Below are positions 11,068-20,375 of a DNA stretch of 64,000 nt, piece by piece (the stretch's first letter is position 1; each line of letters starts with the position of its first letter). A program made the translations under genes and the position numbers. This stretch comes from Candidatus Cloacimonadales bacterium (lineage in GTDB: Bacteria; Cloacimonadota; Cloacimonadia; Cloacimonadales; JAIOQZ01), in contig OY762463.1 of NCBI GenBank assembly GCA_963665815.1, forward strand, positions 1,856,001-1,920,000, in the 5' to 3' direction. Below the pieces are notes generated by a model, which did not search any database, was not told the DNA's origin, and worked only from the letters and a program-made list of their open reading frames with translations.

Positions 11068-11249
11068 TACTGAGCTTTCACTTCTACTATTTTACGACCT
11101 TTATAAAAACCACATTTGTCACATACTTGATGTGGTCTAGCTGGTTCACCGCAATTTGAACAGGTATTCCATGTTGGCATCTCTGCTTTAAAGTGCGTTC
11201 TTCTCTTATCTCTTCTTGATTTAGAAGTTTTCCGTTTTGGTACAGCCAT
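11067..11249 (-). CDS. rpmF: 50S ribosomal protein L32 (Zn-ribbon form)
   Basis: MAVPKRKTSKSRRDKRR with CSNC and CDKC. Confidence 0.98.
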   Translation of the reverse strand: MAVPKRKTSKSRRDKRRTHFKAEMPTWNTCSNCGEPARPHQVCDKCGFYKGRKIVEVKAQ

Positions 11250-11358
11250 GTTATCTCCTTTTCTATTTCAACAATCAATCAATATCATATGATCGCTGAC
11301 ACCATATAACTTCATTCATTCCAATGAGTTAAATCACAAATATATTTTAAGATTTACA

Positions 11359-11386
11359 AAATTATTTTTCCAGCCTTTCTTGTCAA
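11359..11386 (-). promoter_or_regulatory. Putative sigma-70 promoter of the rpmF-fab operon
   Basis: TTGACA at 11386-11381, 16-nt spacer, then TAATTT. Confidence 0.4.
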
Positions 11387-11403
11387 GAAATTTGGACACT
11401 ACT

Positions 11404-12708
11404 TCAGCCTCGCTTTGTTCGTATTATTCTGTCCTGCTTCGCTTTTACCCCATCGGTAATCTCATACGATTGAGCTATTCTGTCGGCAACATGTCTGCCT
11501 TTTTCCTTATCATCACAGAAAACAAAACCCATTTTTTCTCCTGTTTTCACTTCATCACCAATCCTGAAAAATAACTCTGCTCCGGATCCATAATTTAACA
11601 CGGAATCCACTTTTTTTCTGCCGGCATCTATATCTATCAGAGCATATCCAATAGACTGGCTGTCTATTACGGAAATATGTCCGTCTGCTTTACTCACTAT
11701 CGGAACTTTGTATTTACAGAACGGTAGCAAGTCTGTATTATTACATACTTCAGGATTTCCTCCCTGCAATTCTATCCATTCTGCAAAGACATCAAGCGCT
11801 TTTCCAGAATTTATAGCTTTTTCAACAGCTTCCGAAGCTTCAGCTTCATTTTTACAGCATTTAGATAAAATGAGCATTTCCATTGCCAGCTTTTTGGTTA
11901 TGATATGCAGATCGGGATTATCCGCCCCATTCAAGTAATCAATGCTCTCTTTTATTTCAAGAGCATTTCCGACATACTTGCCAATTGGAGAGTTCATATC
12001 TGTGAATACGACGGTAACATCCTGCCCGAACTTTCTGCCTGTTTCAGCAAGAAGAACTGCCAGACGTTTTGCTGTTTCCATGTTCTTCAGAAATGCCCCT
12101 GTGCCCACTTTAAGATCAATTACCAGATTCTGAGCTCCTTCTGCAATTTTCTTACTCATAATACTTGCAGTGATGAGAGGAAGACTCTCAACTGTTGCTG
12201 TAACATCTCTAAGACCATATATAAGCCTGTCAGCAGGAACCAGTTTTTCCGATTGACTGATAATACTGAATCCAACCTTATCAATAATATTTCTGAAATC
12301 AGATTCCGAAAAGTTCGTACGCAATCCGGGAATAGATTCCAATTTATCCAGAGTCCCACCGGTATGCCCTAATCCTCTGCCGGATATCATAGGTATTCTC
12401 GCACCGCATGCCGCAACAATAGGTGCTAGCGGAATTGTTATCTTGTCCCCAACTCCACCTGTTGAATGTTTATCTACTGTATTCCAGCCTCTCGGAAAAT
12501 CTATTCTGTCTCCGGAATTGACGTAAACACCGGTCAAAGCCTGAATTTCTTCCACTTCCATATCCTGAAAATAGATTGCCATCAACATGGATGACATCTG
12601 GTAATCAGGAATACTACCATCTATATATCCTTCAACGAAATACTTCATTTCGTCTACATTAAGTGCATTCCCCATTCTCTTTTTAAGAATCAGTTCCACA
12701 GGATTCAT
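11404..12708 (-). CDS. pdp: Pyrimidine-nucleoside / thymidine phosphorylase
   Basis: DKHSTGGVGDK, SGRGLGHTGGTLDKLESIPG and SIMSKK motifs. Start moved to MNPVEL (GAGGAG RBS). Confidence 0.95.
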   Translation of the reverse strand: MNPVELILKKRMGNALNVDEMKYFVEGYIDGSIPDYQMSSMLMAIYFQDMEVEEIQALTGVYVNSGDRIDFPRGWNTVDKHSTGGVGDKITIPLAPIVAACGARIPMISGRGLGHTGGTLDKLESIPGLRTNFSESDFRNIIDKVGFSIISQSEKLVPADRLIYGLRDVTATVESLPLITASIMSKKIAEGAQNLVIDLKVGTGAFLKNMETAKRLAVLLAETGRKFGQDVTVVFTDMNSPIGKYVGNALEIKESIDYLNGADNPDLHIITKKLAMEMLILSKCCKNEAEASEAVEKAINSGKALDVFAEWIELQGGNPEVCNNTDLLPFCKYKVPIVSKADGHISVIDSQSIGYALIDIDAGRKKVDSVLNYGSGAELFFRIGDEVKTGEKMGFVFCDDKEKGRHVADRIAQSYEITDGVKAKQDRIIRTKRG

Positions 12709-12734
12709 AATAACTCCTCTTTGGCTTAAAATAG

Positions 12735-12765
12735 AAAACAGGCTGACGTTTTTCACCAGCCTGTT
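12735..12765 (-). terminator. Probable intrinsic terminator after the aminotransferase
   Basis: AACAGGCTG..CAGCCTGTT stem with a short T run on the minus strand. Confidence 0.55.
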
Positions 12766-12810
12766 ACTATATTAACTGTAATTCAAATTACTAATCAAGT
12801 TATTTTTTTA

Positions 12811-14010
12811 CTAATCCATCAATTTTTTAATTATTACTGAGAGCCTTTTTACTCCCTCTTCAATCTGATCTGCTGTCGGATATGAGAAATTGAGTCTGAT
12901 TTCATTCTGTTTTTCAAAACCGGTAGGATAGAATTTTGATCCGGGTATAAAGCTTACTTTTTCATCTCTTGCCTTCTCAAACAACTCGTCACAGCAAATG
13001 TTTTCAGGTAATGTTACCCAGACAAACATACCACCCTCAGGATTTGTCCATTTAATTCCTTCCGGCATATATTTATCGAGAGATGAAAGCATTCTTTCTC
13101 TGAGAGGTTTGTAATATTCACATATTGTTTCAATATGTCCGGGAAGTAGCTTCTCATTAATAAAGTTTGTTACACATCTTTGAGAAACACAGTCAACACT
13201 TACGTTGACTTTTTCCATCCATGAGCTCATTTTTTCAATAACTTCCTGTGAACCTGCAGCATATGCCATTCTTAATCCCGGTCCCAGAATTTTTGAGAAT
13301 GATTTTACTAATGTAACGATATCTGAACCTGCTTCTCTCGATATTTCAAAAATTGATTTTATGTGCTCACCGGTATATCTCAACTCAGCATAAGGGCTGT
13401 CTTCAAGAATCTGAATATTATTTTCCTTACATATCTCAAAGATTTCCTGTCTTCTGCTAAGATCCATTGTTTTACCGGTAGGATTCTGGAATTCAGGAAT
13501 CACGTACAGGAACTTAATCCTATCTCTGTGTTCTTTGATTGCTTTTTTGAGTTCTTCCGGAGTAATACCTTTATCATCCATATCCAGACCAACAATTTTC
13601 GCACCCATAGTTTCAAAAGATATTAATGAACCAAGAAAACTCGGAGCTTCAGCGAGAATAACATCTCCCTCATCAATAAATACACTTGTATACAGAAAAA
13701 TAGCATTTGTTGAGCCCACAGTAATAAGAAGTTCATCATCTGTGAGTTCGGTATTTACTAATGTTTTCAATGCCTGTTTTAATTGAGTATCACCTTGAGA
13801 TGCACCATACTGAAGAACATCTTCACCGTCTTCAAGAACAGTTTTTCGGTACATATCGGCAATCAATTTTTTGTTAAATGTTTTAGGAGAGGGAAATCCT
13901 CCTGCAAGAGAGATCAACCCCGGAATATTCTTGGTTGACGCAACTAAAGCTCTGATCATGGAAGACTTCATCTTTAAGGTCTTTTCGGAATAATTTGCTT
14001 TAAAATCCAT
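12811..14010 (-). CDS. PLP-dependent aminotransferase, class I (LysN/ARO8-like)
   Basis: ISLAGGFP, PEFQNPTG, EDSPY, SFSKILGPGLR and PEGGMF motifs. Start moved to MDFK (GAGGT RBS). Confidence 0.88.
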   Translation of the reverse strand: MDFKANYSEKTLKMKSSMIRALVASTKNIPGLISLAGGFPSPKTFNKKLIADMYRKTVLEDGEDVLQYGASQGDTQLKQALKTLVNTELTDDELLITVGSTNAIFLYTSVFIDEGDVILAEAPSFLGSLISFETMGAKIVGLDMDDKGITPEELKKAIKEHRDRIKFLYVIPEFQNPTGKTMDLSRRQEIFEICKENNIQILEDSPYAELRYTGEHIKSIFEISREAGSDIVTLVKSFSKILGPGLRMAYAAGSQEVIEKMSSWMEKVNVSVDCVSQRCVTNFINEKLLPGHIETICEYYKPLRERMLSSLDKYMPEGIKWTNPEGGMFVWVTLPENICCDELFEKARDEKVSFIPGSKFYPTGFEKQNEIRLNFSYPTADQIEEGVKRLSVIIKKLMD

Positions 14011-14039
14011 TGATACCTCTTTTTGTATATTATATTTTT

Positions 14040-14074
14040 TTGACAAAAATTAGAGATTAACCATTTTGAGTCAA
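14040..14074. promoter_or_regulatory. Overlapping divergent sigma-70-type promoters
   Basis: Plus strand TTGACA-N16-CATTTT and minus strand TTGACT-N16-TAATTT, between divergent genes. Confidence 0.4.
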
Positions 14075-14148
14075 TGAAAGTTTCCAATTGATTGCTCTGC
14101 ATAACTACATGAACTATCTGCAAAGCTTTCAAATATTAAGGAGTTTCT

Positions 14149-15726
14149 ATGGAACGCATCCTTTATAACGCAAAAATCTTTACTATGAATACCGAAATGG
14201 ACATATTCGATTCAATTTTGATTTCCGGAAATAAAATAATAAGCGTCGGAACATACGATGAATGTTTACAGGCATCTGCACAGAAAGATAAAACTGTAAA
14301 AATTGATTTGAAAGGACGAGTTATTCTCCCCGGGTTAATTGATACTCATACTCATTTCTATCAACTGGCAAAACTACAGTATGAAGTCAATCTATCAAAT
14401 TGCTTCAGCTTGAAAGATACTGTAAACTACCTCAGGAAATATCGCAGAAATATGAATCCCCAGATTCAATGGATTAACGGAAGCGGCTGGAATACCAATC
14501 TCAACAAAAGCAGATGGAACAGGTATACACTTGATGAAATATTCCCGGATATCCCTGTGAGTATTAAGAGTTGGGATCTGCATACTAAAATTTGTAACTC
14601 AGTTGCACTTGAAGCTGCAGGAATTACTGAAGATTTTAAGTATACCGGAAAAGGAAAAATCGGGAGATTCCCTGATGGCACACCTGACGGATTCCTATAT
14701 GAAGAAGCCTGGGATCTGATAAACGATGTCATGATTCCCCTACCTGAGAAACTGATGGAGAAAGCTATAAAATCAACCATACATGAATGCTGGAAGCTGG
14801 GACTCACAGGAGTTCACTTCATGGAGGGGGAAAATCAGGCAGAGCTTCTCAGGAAAATATCTGATAATGGAACTCAATTCCGCTTCTTCTGGCATTTTCC
14901 GGAGTCCTGCCTGGATGATTTCATTGAGCAGGGAATAATATCATATACCGGAACTGATATGTACAAAATATGCGGCTTGAAATTATATGCTGATGGTTCA
15001 GTCGGTTCTCGCTCCGCTTATATGAGTAATCCGTACTCTGATGGTTCGTATGGATTCCTTACTTGGAATAAAAATGAATTGAGAGAAACAATCCTCCGGG
15101 CTGCAGAAAACGGCATTTCTTCCACTGTTCATGCAATTGGTGATAAGTGTAATACAATTGTAATTGAAGCAATAACCAATGCAATAGACGAGACCCAACT
15201 GAGCAAGCTGTTCAGAGTTGAACACGCACAATTCATACAGAGCCCAGATATAAAAAAACTGTCTGAGTACAACATTTTTACAGCCATGCAGCCTATACAT
15301 ATGAAATACGATATTACTAACATTCATAAATTTCTGCCATCATCAGAGTCGCTGGCATATAGAACCAGAGATATATTAAGCTCAGGGATCAAGGTTGGAT
15401 TTGGTTCCGACGCTCCGGTCGCAGAGATCAATCCTTTCCACTGTATATACTCGGCACTAAGCAGAAAAGCAGGCAACAGACCTGACGAACAGACCTGGTT
15501 CCCGGGTCAGGCTATTACTCCGATAGAAGCACTAAAAGCCTTTACGATAGACGCAGCCTATGGATCTATGTCATCTGAATCACTGGGATCATTGGAACCA
15601 GGTAAATATGCCGATCTGATCGTAATTGACAACTTTGAGGGGAAACCTGATGAATTCTGGCTTGACGTGAAATCACAATTGACGATGGTGAACGGAAAGA
15701 TTGTATATAACAATATAGAGAAGTAG
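14149..15726 (+). CDS. Metal-dependent amidohydrolase, YtcJ-like (Amidohydro_3)
   Basis: PGLIDTHTH, KLYADGSVGSRSA, HAIGD, RVEHAQ, GSDAPV and GSLEPGKYAD motifs. Confidence 0.9.
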   Translation: MERILYNAKIFTMNTEMDIFDSILISGNKIISVGTYDECLQASAQKDKTVKIDLKGRVILPGLIDTHTHFYQLAKLQYEVNLSNCFSLKDTVNYLRKYRRNMNPQIQWINGSGWNTNLNKSRWNRYTLDEIFPDIPVSIKSWDLHTKICNSVALEAAGITEDFKYTGKGKIGRFPDGTPDGFLYEEAWDLINDVMIPLPEKLMEKAIKSTIHECWKLGLTGVHFMEGENQAELLRKISDNGTQFRFFWHFPESCLDDFIEQGIISYTGTDMYKICGLKLYADGSVGSRSAYMSNPYSDGSYGFLTWNKNELRETILRAAENGISSTVHAIGDKCNTIVIEAITNAIDETQLSKLFRVEHAQFIQSPDIKKLSEYNIFTAMQPIHMKYDITNIHKFLPSSESLAYRTRDILSSGIKVGFGSDAPVAEINPFHCIYSALSRKAGNRPDEQTWFPGQAITPIEALKAFTIDAAYGSMSSESLGSLEPGKYADLIVIDNFEGKPDEFWLDVKSQLTMVNGKIVYNNIEK

Positions 15727-15738
15727 AAAGGGAAAATT

Positions 15739-16200
15739 ATGATAAAACAAATAAGTGTAATAGGACAAAGTGGAATTATAGATGAAGATTTACAGAAGGC
15801 TGCCTTCAGAATAGGTAAAGCAATCGCAGAAAACGAAAAGATACTGATCTGTGGAGGAAGAGACGGAGTAATGGAACAGGCCTGCAAGGGTGTTCATTCA
15901 GTTGGAGGAACTTCTGTGGGGATAATGATGGGATACGATAAAGAAGAAGCAAACGAGTTTGTTGATATTGTAATACCTACCGGATTGAATCAGGCGAGAA
16001 ATACTTGTGTTGTCTCGTCAGGAGATCTCGTAATTGCTATTGGTGGTTCTTATGGCACACTCAGTGAAATAGCTCTGGCGAAATCAATGGGAAAACGAGT
16101 AATTGGCTATAATACCTGGTCAGGCAAGGGTCATGTTTCCGATCTGGAAATAGAAAATAAATCAGTTGACGAAATATGCAGGATATTAGCAGACTGTTAA
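15739..16200 (+). CDS. TIGR00725 family (LOG-like nucleotide-binding) protein
   Basis: CGGRDGVME, ARN and IGGSYGTLSEIA motifs. Confidence 0.85.
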   Translation: MIKQISVIGQSGIIDEDLQKAAFRIGKAIAENEKILICGGRDGVMEQACKGVHSVGGTSVGIMMGYDKEEANEFVDIVIPTGLNQARNTCVVSSGDLVIAIGGSYGTLSEIALAKSMGKRVIGYNTWSGKGHVSDLEIENKSVDEICRILADC

Positions 16201-16326
16201 CAGATTTCAGAAATAGTTGTAATTTAGCAACATATGGATTTTCTAATTTTTTTAATAAAAAAAACATTGACATCAAAGTCGGGTTTTTCGAATGTGTTCA
16301 CCTGTAGATTAAATATGGAGATTTAA

Positions 16327-16692
16327 ATGATCATAGCATTATCAATATTGTTCGTTATAATATGTGTTGCAACTGTACTCATAATACTTTCGCAATCCAG
16401 CAAAGGTGCCGGAATGGAAGGTTTACTTGGTGGTGCTGCATCTAACGTGTTTGGTTCACAAGGTGGATCAGACGTTTTGAAAAAAGCAACAAAAGGTCTC
16501 GTTGCTGCATTCTTCATTGTCTCCCTGTTTATCGGCTGGTACATCAACGGTCATTCAAAGCAGACCAAAGTTAATAGTCCTGCTCTTGATAAATATCGTC
16601 AAAAAATGATGAAACAAAAACCGGCAGCTACTCAGGAAGATCTTCAGGAAATGGAAGTTACTCCTACAGAAACAAAAGATACTGATAAGTAA
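16327..16692 (+). CDS. secG: Preprotein translocase subunit SecG
   Basis: Two TM helices around QSSKGAGM..FGSQG..LKKAT; followed by tRNA-Leu as in the usual secG-leu synteny; TTGACA at 16267-16272. Confidence 0.93.
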   Translation: MIIALSILFVIICVATVLIILSQSSKGAGMEGLLGGAASNVFGSQGGSDVLKKATKGLVAAFFIVSLFIGWYINGHSKQTKVNSPALDKYRQKMMKQKPAATQEDLQEMEVTPTETKDTDK

Positions 16693-16709
16693 AAAGTACA
16701 TAAGTGATT

Positions 16710-16797
16710 GCAGAAGTGGTGGAATTGGCAGACACGCAAGACTAAGGATCTTGTGCCCAATGCGGGTGTGCGGGTTCGAGTCCCGCCTTCTGCACCA
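16710..16797 (+). tRNA. tRNA-Leu, anticodon AAG
   Basis: Acceptor stem GCAGAAG/CTTCTGC, discriminator A and encoded CCA. Anticodon stem CAAGA/TCTTG closes loop CTAAGGA (AAG at 16744-16746). Long variable arm; T arm GCGGG-TTCGAGT-CCCGC. Confidence 0.96.
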
Positions 16798-16807
16798 AAT
16801 ATAAACT

Positions 16808-16837
16808 AAGACTGTTGAATTTTCAACAGTCTTTTTT
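16808..16837. terminator. Intrinsic terminator between tRNA-Leu and convergent GAPOR gene
   Basis: AAGACTGTTGAA/TTCAACAGTCTT inverted repeat followed by a T run. Confidence 0.8.
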
Positions 16838-16839
16838 AT

Positions 16840-18717
16840 TTATTCAAACTCTTTCAGTGACTGATGTATCCCTTTATGTATCTCATACCAGAAATCGAGT
16901 GCAGATTCGTATTGTTCACGTTTAAACTTTTCAGCCCAGTCCAGCAATCCCTTTTCTGTAGATTTATCTACTTCAATCTTTCTTTTCAGGAAAGTTCTCA
17001 CATAATCAATATTTCTCTGCGATTCCCAGAAGATTCCCGAGTTTCTGCTATTGATACGTGATGCAGTGAGTTTTAAACTGGTCTGGAACTCTTCTCTTAA
17101 GTCATACAGCTTTTCAATAAACTCAGGTAACATCTCTTCTGCCCAACCTCTGTGAAAACGACAAACGCCCATGTTATCCATCACCAGCTCTCCCTGAAAA
17201 CGCTCTGCTGAAAGTTCACCCAAATCTCTGGGTAAGAAGAATTCATTACCATAATACATGTAGTACTTACCCATTATTGCCATTGGAGAAAGCACTCCCG
17301 GAGTCCAGTATTGATTCGGCACCATCCAACCTTTTCTTGCGAAGGCAACATATACAAACTTATCTATTATTGCTTTTCCTTTCTTACGAGATATTCTTCT
17401 GCCGAATTTTCTTGCTCCTTCTGAAAGATCTAACAAGCCACGTTTACCCACAATAGAATCAAGCAGTTCAATAGCAATATCAGCATTATGGTGTGAATCT
17501 TTAACAACATCAAAACCCTCAGGCTCAAAAACAGGCATGTTGGAAATTCCAACCTCATCCATTGTCAGCAGTCCTTCAGATACACAATCCATTAACCAGG
17601 CGAGTACTCCACCCACAGATATAGAATCAAAACCCAGCATGTCTGCATAGTGCACAACTTTTTCCGCAGCTCGTTGATCAAAAATACCGCATAAAGGTCC
17701 CATCGTCTGGTATGGTTCATAGTCTTTCTTATATTTGTTGTTCATTTTTTTACAGAGAGCAGCACAAGGTTCTCCACAGTTTTTCTGTTGCCTAGTTTCA
17801 ATAGTTTCCTCGTTAAACTGTTTCAAATAATGATCCAACACAAGCTCCTTGTGCAGCTTAAGGCGTTTTTCCTCAGTCCAGTAAATACTTTTATAGTTGA
17901 AAGCCAGTATCCTACCGCCTATGCCTGCATAGTTTACTCCGAATGTTCCACCGGTCTTAAATTTCGGATCAAATCTGTATTTGGTGGTGACTTCAAAATC
18001 CTTAACAGCCAGTATCTGATCATACTTGTTCTTAAACCATTTATCAGCTACTTTTCTATCCCTGAAATCTTCTTCAATATGAGTTCCTCCATAAATAATC
18101 GACGTTATACCGTGTTCTCGAAAAAGCTTAGACCCGAATCCACCTCGACCTGCCCAGGTATCTACATGACTAAGCTCTCCATTCCTGTATGGAGCAGAAC
18201 ATATACCACCAAAGTCAGTGGTTACGGCTGAAGGTCCACATGCCAGGACACGAGGGTCGGATTCATATTCTCCGGTATGATTAACCAAAACATTATTCAT
18301 CAGCTCATAAACACCCTTTTCTCCAGTATTCCAGATTCTCTTAATATCCTGTGGAATAATCTCCACCTGGATTTCTTCCCCATGTGCTCTGCGTAGTTTG
18401 AGTAAAGATGGACTTGATGTCTTGCCGACAATCGACAGAATGTTTATCCCTAAATTGTTGAATTCCAAACCGGCTCCTCCCATGGAAGAGATATAAAATC
18501 CTCCCCAACAAGGTGAAAACCCCGTAAAGATGAGTCTGTTTGATCCAGGCAAAATTGAACCAGCAAATATTCCTGTTCCAATATTCAAACTGTTGTAACG
18601 TCCCGAAAGAAACAATCCAAGATCAACCGGTCCGAAGAAATCACCTAATTTATATCTGTCTATCCGGTAAAAAGACGTATTTACATTAATTGTTAAAACT
18701 TTCAATGCTGTTTCCAT
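16840..18717 (-). CDS. W/Mo aldehyde:ferredoxin oxidoreductase family; resembles glyceraldehyde-3-phosphate:ferredoxin oxidoreductase (GAPOR)
   Basis: AGRGGFGS, CGEPCAALCKK and DYEPY..GP..GIFDQRAAE..DMLGFD motifs, plus C-terminal CRFHRGW. These recall the archaeal GAPOR subfamily. Confidence 0.8.
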   Translation of the reverse strand: METALKVLTINVNTSFYRIDRYKLGDFFGPVDLGLFLSGRYNSLNIGTGIFAGSILPGSNRLIFTGFSPCWGGFYISSMGGAGLEFNNLGINILSIVGKTSSPSLLKLRRAHGEEIQVEIIPQDIKRIWNTGEKGVYELMNNVLVNHTGEYESDPRVLACGPSAVTTDFGGICSAPYRNGELSHVDTWAGRGGFGSKLFREHGITSIIYGGTHIEEDFRDRKVADKWFKNKYDQILAVKDFEVTTKYRFDPKFKTGGTFGVNYAGIGGRILAFNYKSIYWTEEKRLKLHKELVLDHYLKQFNEETIETRQQKNCGEPCAALCKKMNNKYKKDYEPYQTMGPLCGIFDQRAAEKVVHYADMLGFDSISVGGVLAWLMDCVSEGLLTMDEVGISNMPVFEPEGFDVVKDSHHNADIAIELLDSIVGKRGLLDLSEGARKFGRRISRKKGKAIIDKFVYVAFARKGWMVPNQYWTPGVLSPMAIMGKYYMYYGNEFFLPRDLGELSAERFQGELVMDNMGVCRFHRGWAEEMLPEFIEKLYDLREEFQTSLKLTASRINSRNSGIFWESQRNIDYVRTFLKRKIEVDKSTEKGLLDWAEKFKREQYESALDFWYEIHKGIHQSLKEFE

Positions 18718-18836
18718 ATTTCCTCCGGATTTGCATTAAATTCTTTGCAGGACTGTTTTAAGTTGCTGAAATCTTGTTGTTAAAATTACCTGTTATTCTA
18801 TTATGCTAAGTCACTATTTAGCTGTAGTTCATTAAA

Positions 18837-18865
18837 AAAATACAGCATTTTCGAGGAAATGTCAA
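18837..18865 (-). promoter_or_regulatory. Putative sigma-70 promoter of the GAPOR-like gene
   Basis: TTGACA-N17-TATTTT on the minus strand. Confidence 0.5.
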
Positions 18866-18929
18866 TTTATAATAAGAATGGTTTATTGAGATTATTCCAG
18901 TTAATTCTTTTATCTTTAGTCAGTAGCTA

Positions 18930-20105
18930 TTAGCCTTCATTGAGTAACTTTTTATAGAGCTCTATAAGTTTTGCAGAATCCACAGCCCAGTTATATTTTT
19001 CTTTTACAGCCTGATAACCGTTCATACCAAGTCTGTTCCTGAGTTCAGAATCATTTATCAGTTTCTCAGCACACTCAGCAAAACTTTCAGGATCATCATA
19101 TCTGTAGATCAATCCTGATTCAGTTTCCTTAATAACCCTTTCAATTGATTTGCAATCAGAAGCTATAATTGGCTTTTGATTATACATGTACTGATACAGT
19201 TTGTTAGGTGAAGAGCAATCAGTCTGTATATGCCTTTTATGGGGCAACAACATAATATCTGCACTCTGCATCAGGTTGAGAGCTTCATATTGATTGACCC
19301 ATCCCAAAAAAACCACAATTTCTGAGATATTGTGTTCTTCTGCTTTTTGCTTAATATTCTGTAAATCGCATCCATCTCCTGCAACAATCAACTTTATATT
19401 ACTGTACTTTTCAGCAAGTAAGGAAAATCCTTCAACAACAATATCCAATCCTCTGATAGGAGTGATTCCACCTACAAAATAGAAACAAATTGTTGACTCA
19501 GCTTTGTTAAGATCAGAACCTCTCTCAATAAAAGGAAATGTATTCTGCACAGATATAGCATTAGCATTACTCGTAAGATTGAGACGTTCTTTCATCTCAT
19601 CCACAACACAAATTACACCATCTGATTTCAAAACCATAGTCTTTTCGTATTCATACCACTGCGAATCACTGGACAAAAGCTTTCCCAGAAAAGTATTCGT
19701 GTGGGCTGAAACCTGAAGAAATGCCGGCCAGTTTTCATGCAGATCCAATATCATTTTCAGTCCAAATCTTGTGGATATTTCTATCCCGATTTTTGCTAAA
19801 GGTAAATCATGAATATGAATTGCGTCAAACTTGTCTGTTGCCAGAATATCCCTGATGTACTTTCTCCAGTAATTGAAATAGAATGGAAATTTCAAAGCCC
19901 CTACATTGGTTTTAAATATAAATTTACTGATAAATCTTCGATGTATATGAATATCTCCAAACAGCTCTTTTTCAGTAAACTTTCTCTCCCTGCTAAAACA
20001 GGCAATGTGTACCTGATAACCAGAACTAATTAGTGCTTTTGCTTCCTTTTCAACCCTTATATCAGGAGGAAACTCTCTATCAAGAACCATTAATACTTTT
20101 TTCAT
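18930..20105 (-). CDS. Glycosyltransferase family 4 (GT-B)
   Basis: FPPDIRVEKEA, IHIHD, RGLD, SPNKLYQYM..KPIIASD and KYNW motifs. Start moved to MKKVL. Confidence 0.9.
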   Translation of the reverse strand: MKKVLMVLDREFPPDIRVEKEAKALISSGYQVHIACFSRERKFTEKELFGDIHIHRRFISKFIFKTNVGALKFPFYFNYWRKYIRDILATDKFDAIHIHDLPLAKIGIEISTRFGLKMILDLHENWPAFLQVSAHTNTFLGKLLSSDSQWYEYEKTMVLKSDGVICVVDEMKERLNLTSNANAISVQNTFPFIERGSDLNKAESTICFYFVGGITPIRGLDIVVEGFSLLAEKYSNIKLIVAGDGCDLQNIKQKAEEHNISEIVVFLGWVNQYEALNLMQSADIMLLPHKRHIQTDCSSPNKLYQYMYNQKPIIASDCKSIERVIKETESGLIYRYDDPESFAECAEKLINDSELRNRLGMNGYQAVKEKYNWAVDSAKLIELYKKLLNEG

Positions 20106-20328
20106 ATTTCTCCAACTTCGATACCATCTAAATTTACTATTTAAGGAAGGCAAGATATTTCTGTTAATTACAAATCTTTTCAGAATTGTGAAGTGAAAGA
20201 TTTATACTGTCCGATAGTATCTATAAATGTTCGTTTACGTACACTTTTTGAATAATATTCATATTCTTTTTATTCTTTTTTTTCAATACTTTAGATATAT
20301 TTAATGATTTTGCTTCATTTCTCTAAGT

Positions 20329-20344
20329 TGGAACTTTTTTTGCT
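20329..20344 (+). promoter_or_regulatory. Sigma-54 (-24/-12) promoter
   Basis: TGGAAC-TTTTT-TTGCT with exact GG-N10-GC spacing, about 30 nt upstream of ATG 20376. Confidence 0.7.
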
Positions 20345-20375
20345 TATATTTCTGTTAAATATCAGAGGAGGATAT

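Noticed and set aside
11250-11403. Missing yceD (DUF177) upstream of rpmF
   Set aside because: No remnant is visible and the linkage is variable among bacteria, so it is not informative.
18718-18929. Moco/tungsten-cofactor riboswitch upstream of the GAPOR-like gene
   Set aside because: AT-rich leader without a recognisable conserved multi-stem motif.
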